Source: Ancylonema sp.
Lineage: Eukaryota
Assembly: GCA_050230475.1 (NCBI GenBank)
Contig: JBFLGF010000145.1
Location: forward strand, 1 to 63,793
DNA length: 63,793 nucleotides
Reading direction: 5' to 3'
A model generated the notes under the pieces. That model was not told the DNA's origin. It worked only from the letters and a program-made list of their open reading frames with translations, and did not search any database. The translations under genes and the position numbers were made by a program. The stretch's first letter is position 1. Each line of letters begins with the position of its first letter. Below, in pieces: positions 55,085 through 63,793 of this stretch.

Positions 55085-58000
55085 TTTGTACATCGCACAT
55101 CACTGCACAGATAAGTAAAAGTCTTCGCCAAACATCAAGAATATTGCAAGAGTCGGATTGAGCCTGATCCTTCCTACCAGATTGTTTCTCAACTGTAGCC
55201 TGCCCCAAAATTTCTCATGGTATACATGCACCAGACTTATACCATGTACATCATGTCGACTTGACAGATCACGGCAAACTCGCTTTCTTCTTTTCTCGTA
55301 TTGCTCTTCATCCTTGCAGCACTTGCAACACTTGGATCAAAGAGGCTGCGTTGCCCAAATTCAAAATCTAAACGATCCGTTTCACCTCTGAATTTCGACG
55401 AGTTGATTAAGAATGTCTTCACATCGACCCTCATTGGAGACCTTTGTCCTTGATTGGTCTTTTCGAGACATAATGAACAAGAATCTGCTCGTCAAGAAGG
55501 TGTGTGTCAAGCTTTTATTAACCCAATATAATGTGTCGACAGTTGCAAATAGTTTATTCAATATCATTTTGTGCTACGTACACTGCTTTGATTGTTGGTC
55601 TGTCTTACATTTGAAGTCTTCAAAAGTAATCGCAAGGGGTTTCGATGATATTTCATTCACACGGGTATGGTTGATGTGGAGCCAGATGAAAATCAATAAA
55701 ATAAGGTATGAATCGAACTATGGACAATTCCTGCAATCACACTTCTGTGGTCTATTGATCCTTTTGCAGCTGACATAATTACCATCGACAGCATCAACCA
55801 TGGAGATCTATTTCGACAACTTCAAATACTTACTTCTTGAGGAAGTGCGAGCAAGTCTTCAAAAAACCTGTGATTCAATCGGTGCCACGTCTTTCCAAAA
55901 GATCCATTTCAATCATTCTCGCGAGGATGACGATCTAAGATTCACGCTTGCGCCCCGTGCTGCGTGTGAAGAGAAGTATCTTGTATCATGTAAACCAACC
56001 GACGTCATCATCGTGGCTTCGGGGAAATTCCCACGTAATTCCACAGATCTCCTTCGTGGACGGTCGCTAACCCTCGCAGTGATTCGTGGCGACCAAGATG
56101 ACAAAAAGATGGATGATTCGTACAAAATTTCTCTTGGCAAAGGGGGGTATGCGCCACGTGGAGGGACATATTTCGTTGGTGTCGTGGGAAGTCTCGCAAC
56201 TCCGCTCCGCATATGGTCTGCCATTCGCGAATACAAGGATGTGGGGGTCTCAGAGTTGCGGCGTATCTATCCGATACTCGAGGAGGTGGTGGGGGTGGGA
56301 AAAGGAACTCCAAAATCCGCACTCAAAATTGTAAGATTTCTGCGGTCCATCTTTCTACAGCATTTATATATATTATACACCGAGATTAGGAAGACGATGG
56401 GTTAAGCATGTATGAGTAGCCTTTGCGATGTCGAACATATAAATATTTCAACACAAGACGTACCGTTTTAATCGTCGACATTCATCCTTTTTTTTAAGAT
56501 TTTTTTTTAACCCCCTTCAAATTTATTTTTTTCCAGATCCATGATCATGATCACGGCAGTGCCCTTATCCGTGCTGCTCGCAAGCACTGTGAGGATCAGC
56601 GCCTGAATCCTTCACAGATGGAGCCACTTCTGAAGACGATTGCCACATTTGATAAATCGACCGTACCTTCATCTTTGCCTGGCCGTACTTTTCAAACTTC
56701 CCATTGGAGCCGCATTCAATTGATTCAAGGACCTCCTGGGACGGGAAAAACTTCGACGATTTCTAGCCTGCTTGCGATCGCTGCATCTTTGGACATTCGA
56801 ACTCTTTTTTGCGCTCCAACAAACGCCTCATGCGAAGTTGGGGCGCTCTGATTCGTCAAAAATTTCGATGAAGGAAATTACGTTGACATATTTCCCTCTT
56901 CGGTCGGCATGTCTAGAATTCTGCCTCCTGCGATGACCCTTGGGGACATTGTTATCACGGGTAACGCTGATAGGCTTGACGTGGCGGTGTCTGATCTTGG
57001 AAAATTATTTGTCGGTCAAGCATCGAGCACAGCTACGCAGGCAGGATTGAATAAATTTCAGAGCAGGCCCCAGCGATTATCCAATGCGCTATCGCGATAT
57101 CACGGGTGTGCTGCGACCGCTTGCGATATCCGTGAACTTGTCGACACATGCGGAGCAAGCTTCGACGATAAGCTTGCATCGGGCGATAGGGGTGTCAAAG
57201 GCAAAACGATCAGTAAATACATACGTGCGAAGCTCGTGGACCTTAAAGATGGAAGCCTGGCTCTCTGCAACGACCTTCCAAGCAAGCTCTTGCCTGGTGA
57301 AACAAGACAGCAGATCATGCGCCTCCTTCCACATATTGAAATAGTCTTGTCTTCAATGATCTCGTATCATGTCACAGACATAGGGGTGAGGCAATCTCTG
57401 TCAAAGTTAGCGTTGATCGATGACAAAGTTTCTTCATCGGATAAGATGGGTACACGAGATGGCCTTCAAGAATTCACACGATTTCTAAAATGTGTTCTCA
57501 CACACCTCTCCTCCGAGTTTATCTCTACCTTCAACATCAATAGCATCCCGGGGTCACCATCCCCCGACACCATGGCAGTCATCTGTATCAAACACGCGCG
57601 CGTCATTTTTTGCACGGTGAGCTCTACGGGAAAGCAAGCATTGAAGGAAAGTGGCGCATTCACATTGGTGGTCGTGGATGAGGCGGCGCAATTGATCGAG
57701 GCGGAAATCGTTTTGCCGTGTATGGTGTCTGTTAATCGCAGGAAGCAAAGAATCGCCACTACGACTGAAGCTTGTTTGAGCGTTTGGTCGACAACAACTA
57801 CGTTGCAAACTTGCTCGGTGTACAGTACCGCATGCGACCAAGTATATCCCAGTGGAAAAATGCTACTTTCTACGAAGGTCGGGTCAAGGACGCTGAAGTC
57901 GTTTGTTCACCAACATATAACAAAGTGCAAATAAAAATACCGTATTGCTTTCTCGACGTGGCGTACTCTAAAGAAGACGGAGGGAGGCGGAGCGGCAAAG

Positions 58001-61000
58001 GAGGAGGGTCAAGGTCGTCCAATCCTATGGAGGCTGGCGTTGTGCTGGAACTAATAACCATTTTGACCAAAGGTACAAACACTGTTAAAATAGTTTAATA
58101 CTGATTTCATAGAGAAACGAATCGTTGGAAATGACCATCGACACCAAATCAATGTAAAAAATTTTGTACATCGCACATCACTGCACAGATAAGTAAAAGT
58201 CTTCGCCAAACATCAAGAATATTGCAAGAGTCGGATTGAGCCTGATCCTTCCTACCAGATTGTTTCTCAACTGTAGCCTGCCCCAAAATTTCTCATGGTA
58301 TACATGCACCAGACTTATACCATGTACATCATGTCGACTTGACAGATCACGGCAAACTCGCTTTCTTCTTTTCTCGTATTGCTCTTCATCCTTGCAGCAC
58401 TTGCAACACTTGGATCAAAGAGGCTGCGTTGCCCAAATTCAAAATCTAAACGATCCGTTTCACCTCTGAATTTCGACGAGTTGATTAAGAATGTCTTCAC
58501 ATCGACCCTCATTGGAGACCTTTGTCCTTGATTGGTCTTTTCGAGACATAATGAACAAGAATCTGCTCGTCAAGAAGGTGTGTGTCAAGCTTTTATTAAC
58601 CCAATATAATGTGTCGACAGTTGCAAATAGTTTATTCAATATCATTTTGTGCTACGTACACTGCTTTGATTGTTGGTCTGTCTTACATTTGAAGTCTTCA
58701 AAAGTAATCGCAAGGGGTTTCGATGATATTTCATTCACACGGGTATGGTTGATGTGGAGCCAGATGAAAATCAATAAAATAAGGTATGAATCGAACTATG
58801 GACAATTCCTGCAATCACACTTCTGTGGTCTATTGATCCTTTTGCAGCTGACATAATTACCATCGACAGCATCAACCATGGAGATCTATTTCGACAACTT
58901 CAAATACTTACTTCTTGAGGAAGTGCGAGCAAGTCTTCAAAAAACCTGTGATTCAATCGGTGCCACGTCTTTCCAAAAGATCCATTTCAATCATTCTCGC
59001 GAGGATGACGATCTAAGATTCACGCTTGCGCCCCGTGCTGCGTGTGAAGAGAAGTATCTTGTATCATGTAAACCAACCGACGTCATCATCGTGGCTTCGG
59101 GGAAATTCCCACGTAATTCCACAGATCTCCTTCGTGGACGGTCGCTAACCCTCGCAGTGATTCGTGGCGACCAAGATGACAAAAAGATGGATGATTCGTA
59201 CAAAATTTCTCTTGGCAAAGGGGGGTATGCGCCACGTGGAGGGACATATTTCGTTGGTGTCGTGGGAAGTCTCGCAACTCCGCTCCGCATATGGTCTGCC
59301 ATTCGCGAATACAAGGATGTGGGGGTCTCAGAGTTGCGGCGTATCTATCCGATACTCGAGGAGGTGGTGGGGGTGGGAAAAGGAACTCCAAAATCCGCAC
59401 TCAAAATTGTAAGATTTCTGCGGTCCATCTTTCTACAGCATTTATATATATTATACACCGAGATTAGGAAGACGATGGGTTAAGCATGTATGAGTAGCCT
59501 TTGCGATGTCGAACATATAAATATTTCAACACAAGACGTACCGTTTTAATCGTCGACATTCATCCTTTTTTTTAAGATTTTTTTTTAACCCCCTTCAAAT
59601 TTATTTTTTTCCAGATCCATGATCATGATCACGGCAGTGCCCTTATCCGTGCTGCTCGCAAGCACTGTGAGGATCAGCGCCTGAATCCTTCACAGATGGA
59701 GCCACTTCTGAAGACGATTGCCACATTTGATAAATCGACCGTACCTTCATCTTTGCCTGGCCGTACTTTTCAAACTTCCCATTGGAGCCGCATTCAATTG
59801 ATTCAAGGACCTCCTGGGACGGGAAAAACTTCGACGATTTCTAGCCTGCTTGCGATCGCTGCATCTTTGGACATTCGAACTCTTTTTTGCGCTCCAACAA
59901 ACGCCTCATGCGAAGTTGGGGCGCTCTGATTCGTCAAAAATTTCGATGAAGGAAATTACGTTGACATATTTCCCTCTTCGGTCGGCATGTCTAGAATTCT
60001 GCCTCCTGCGATGACCCTTGGGGACATTGTTATCACGGGTAACGCTGATAGGCTTGACGTGGCGGTGTCTGATCTTGGAAAATTATTTGTCGGTCAAGCA
60101 TCGAGCACAGCTACGCAGGCAGGATTGAATAAATTTCAGAGCAGGCCCCAGCGATTATCCAATGCGCTATCGCGATATCACGGGTGTGCTGCGACCGCTT
60201 GCGATATCCGTGAACTTGTCGACACATGCGGAGCAAGCTTCGACGATAAGCTTGCATCGGGCGATAGGGGTGTCAAAGGCAAAACGATCAGTAAATACAT
60301 ACGTGCGAAGCTCGTGGACCTTAAAGATGGAAGCCTGGCTCTCTGCAACGACCTTCCAAGCAAGCTCTTGCCTGGTGAAACAAGACAGCAGATCATGCGC
60401 CTCCTTCCACATATTGAAATAGTCTTGTCTTCAATGATCTCGTATCATGTCACAGACATAGGGGTGAGGCAATCTCTGTCAAAGTTAGCGTTGATCGATG
60501 ACAAAGTTTCTTCATCGGATAAGATGGGTACACGAGATGGCCTTCAAGAATTCACACGATTTCTAAAATGTGTTCTCACACACCTCTCCTCCGAGTTTAT
60601 CTCTACCTTCAACATCAATAGCATCCCGGGGTCACCATCCCCCGACACCATGGCAGTCATCTGTATCAAACACGCGCGCGTCATTTTTTGCACGGTGAGC
60701 TCTACGGGAAAGCAAGCATTGAAGGAAAGTGGCGCATTCACATTGGTGGTCGTGGATGAGGCGGCGCAATTGATCGAGGCGGAAATCGTTTTGCCGTGTA
60801 TGGTGTCGGGAGTCGAGCTGATGGTTCTCGTTGGAGACCCCCGACAATTACCTGCAACGGTCCTCAGCCAGGTGAGATTTTAGGGGTTGGCAAGTTTTGT
60901 ACCCGTATAATTATAAACTCTATCGGCATGATCAGTGGATATTTGTTTGGCATTGTTCTCGATCGATCAAAGACTGAGGTAACACATGCAAATAAAGTGA

Positions 61001-61559
61001 GGACATTGTTTCGACGACTGAGAAATTTTATACAAAATCGTGCTAAAAAAATAAAAATAAATGAAATTGTGAAGGTCGATCGATGCATACACTTCATAAT
61101 TTCTGGCCATCGGTGTCATTGTTGCGTGTTAATCGCAGGAAGCAAAGAATCGCCACTACGACTGAAGCTTGTTTGAGCGTTTGGTCGACAACAACTACGT
61201 TGCAAACTTGCTCGGTGTACAGTACCGCATGCGACCAAGTATATCCCAGTGGAAAAATGCTACTTTCTACGAAGGTCGGGTCAAGGACGCTGAAGTCGTT
61301 TGTTCACCAACATATAACAAAGTGCAAATAAAAATACCGTATTGCTTTCTCGACGTGGCGTACTCTAAAGAAGACGGAGGGAGGCGGAGCGGCAAAGGAG
61401 GAGGGTCAAGGTCGTCCAATCCTATGGAGGCTGGCGTTGTGCTGGAACTAATAACCATTTTGACCAAAGGTACAAACACTGTTAAAATAGTTTAATACTG
61501 ATTTCATAGAGAAACGAATCGTTGGAAATGACCATCGACACCAAATCAATGTAAAAAAT
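55085..61559. repeat. Tandem duplication (55085-58162 / 58163-61559); copy 1 lacks 319 bp
   Basis: Offset 3078 changes to 3397 after the deletion of bases equivalent to 60808-61126. Confidence 0.95.
55413..58072 (+). pseudogene. Truncated copy 1 of the SF1 helicase gene
   Basis: Same exons as copy 2 up to LTKG. It has the same three stops (55776, 56849, 57766) plus a 319-bp deletion removing LVGDPRQLPATV and a donor site. Confidence 0.85.
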
Positions 61560-63345
61560 CTGTCGGAAATTCGATACCTAAACATCCACATGTTTAAAAT
61601 CATCGATGAAAAATCTCGTGGTCAAAATGGACATGTTAGTATCGAAGCTTTCTCGCGATATCGCCATGATTCTAACTTTATAGCGTTCATCATGATTGGA
61701 TGTTTAACGTGATTAACACGACCATTCAGGTCCCGAGTGGTCCGAATCTAGTTTTGATTTTATTTCCCATTTGCTTCGTCACTTTTCAATAATATTTCAG
61801 TCATACTTAGCCCGCTTACCCACAATCAGCGCACATATGTGTGCGAAATCCAATTATCGTGACATTCACAGGTGCCACAAGTTTGAACTCGAAGCTTGAG
61901 GTGGGAGTGATATCTCCTTACAAGGGACAAGTATTTGTCATCAAGGATTTGTTGGCGGACCCAGGAAAAAAAACGTTGCTTGGAGAAGTAGATGTCAAGA
62001 CCGTCGATGGGTTCCAAGGAAGGTAATCGTTTTGTTAAATATATGTGGTAGGGAGGCGATACTAGCCGATCGATTACAAATGATAACGACTTTTTTTTTA
62101 ACAAATGTTCCTAGGTATTCAAAATATTTTGCTAGTGTACAAGAGTTTTAAATTTTATTTATATGGTCTGTTCTCGATTCCCCATGATATTATGTCAAGT
62201 AGCTATCCAACAAACGACATGCTATTCTTTTGTTCGCGACTCAGGATGATTAGCGATGCTCTTATCCATCCTCACTGAAGAAGTGGGCAAGTGATTTCTG
62301 TGCATGTGGTCAATTTGTGTTGTTTGTCAACTGCAGGGAAAAGGATCTCATCATTTTTTCCGCTGTAAGGTCTCACCATGGAGAGAGCATTGGCTTCTTA
62401 AATGACAAGAGGAGGTACGCATTGTTTTATAATGCAAAGTTGGCCATTCGCACGTCTCAGTATATTGAAACGTGGTTAGTAAGCAGTGTCATTATCTTAT
62501 TTTAGCTCGCAAAAATCAATTCTACATTATCCATGTAGGTTCATGTTCACGAGTTGTGAAATGTAGTGGCAGATGGTAGATGGCATATGACAAATGAAGA
62601 ATCACAAGTATACAATATTTCGGACTATTCATCTTCTTCTTTTTGCATTGTCATTAGAAACAAAATGAGAGATAATGAAGGGTTTTTTTTTTTTCTTTCA
62701 CCAATTTTTTTAGTTGGCACTGTTTTGGGAATGCCACTTCGTTTTCATGTGTTTTTGCGCGTCTTAGATGTTTACATAATTTTGCGATTGTCAGCCAAAT
62801 AGAACATTGAAAGGAAAATCGGGGTCATTCCTTGATCTAATATAAAAGAAAAATTAATAAAAAAAAAGAAAAAAAAGACCTTCAATAGGTTAGGTCGGAA
62901 TCTCATGTATTCTCCATACCAACTCGCCAAGCTAATCCTTTTGTTTTAATGTTTCATAGACTAAATGTCGCAATTTCGAGAGCGAAGTACGGACTTTGGA
63001 TTTTGGGGAATGCAAAGACGCTGCAAAGAGATGCCATGTGGCATGGTCTCATCATGGATGCCGTTTCGCGAAAATGTTTCTTCTCAGTGCCACAAGATTC
63101 CTCTTTGCGAATGGTACGGACCAAATTGAATGATTTTTTCCTTTCTTATTCTGGCTTTACTTGTTTCTTTTTTTTGTCATTTTTTTTATTTCTTAGAAAC
63201 AAGCATCTCCATCAATTACTCTATCATTTTTCAGATGGAGCTGCAAAAGATGTTCGGGTCACAACAACAACACAAAAATCCTAGTCGACTACACGTCGGC
63301 CAAAGCGCTTCATGGTTGAAAGCACTTACATTAAGAGAAGGTTGA
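58491..63345 (+). pseudogene. UPF1/SEN1-like superfamily-1 helicase (AAA_11/AAA_12, plant MAGATAMA3-like group) with three in-frame stops
   Basis: Exons 58491-58577, 58848-59408, 59615-60871, 61139-61469, 61872-62022, 62337-62414, 62960-63113 and 63235-63345. Motifs: LDWSFRDIMN, LLLEEVRASL, LNPSQ, IQGPPGTGKT, VVDEAAQ, LVGDPRQLPATV, SLFERL, QYRMRPSI, GVISPYKGQV, TVDGFQGREKD, RRLNVAISRAK. Stops at 58854 (TAA), 59927 (TGA) and 61163 (TGA). Confidence 0.85.
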
Positions 63346-63793
63346 CGCGAAATTGAGTCGACTTGCAACATGAAACTGAATTTCCATAGTTTATTAAACT
63401 TGTAATCCTTGTATTTCCGGTTTTATGAAAGTGATTGTTTTTTTTTCTTTTGGAATTTGTGAATGAAAAGCCTTACGCGAGCTTTTATCGCTGGTATGGT
63501 CGCAAAATTGTATGTGATGCACGAACGTAATATGTCATTGCGCGATATGTACATGCGCAATGCACCCATTGGTTTGAGTAAGCAAATATTTTGACATGCG
63601 AGCATGCGTCTCTTATATTTGACATGTGACAAAGACAACGAATTGTGTTAAAAATTTGTGAATAGCTGCGTTGACAATATGTACATCTCATTCGATATTT
63701 GCCTTAAGGTCGTCTTGACATGACGAGATAGATGATTGGAAGAAAGGGGAAAGAGGGGGTATTCACATTAGTGAACAGAAAAGAAGGAATATT

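Noticed and set aside
41023..61165. Genome-wide TGA=Arg reassignment or selenocysteine
   Set aside because: TGA terminates DDM1, the LMW-PTP-like gene, the fucosyltransferase, PHO1 and mS35 at expected positions. The internal TGAs align to Arg rather than Cys, and TAG/TAA stops and a frameshift also occur.

Overview
Intron-rich eukaryotic nuclear DNA from a green plant lineage. The gene content (DDM1, a plant RS-type SR protein, PHO1, plant-type mS35 and an SND3/PHO88 homolog) suggests a non-seed streptophyte such as a charophyte alga; this is inference. By manual splicing I reconstruct ten loci: the 3' part of DDM1, an RS31/40/41-family splicing factor, SND3/PHO88, an LMW-PTP-like pseudophosphatase, a GT37-like fucosyltransferase, RPL31, PHO1 (SPX-EXS), mitochondrial mS35, an orphan 3-exon gene and a UPF1/SEN1-like SF1 helicase. 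The window also holds a truncated Copia LTR element, two MITE-like elements, many microsatellites and four near-identical tandem duplications (periods 1851, 2694, about 7500 and 3078 bp), some probably assembly or haplotype artefacts. The most striking signal is that four unrelated genes with intact splice sites carry in-frame stops or a frameshift, and three of the stops are TGA at Arg positions. This points to a decaying duplicated segment, consensus errors or, less likely, recoding/editing. No prokaryote-type system (CRISPR etc.) is visible.
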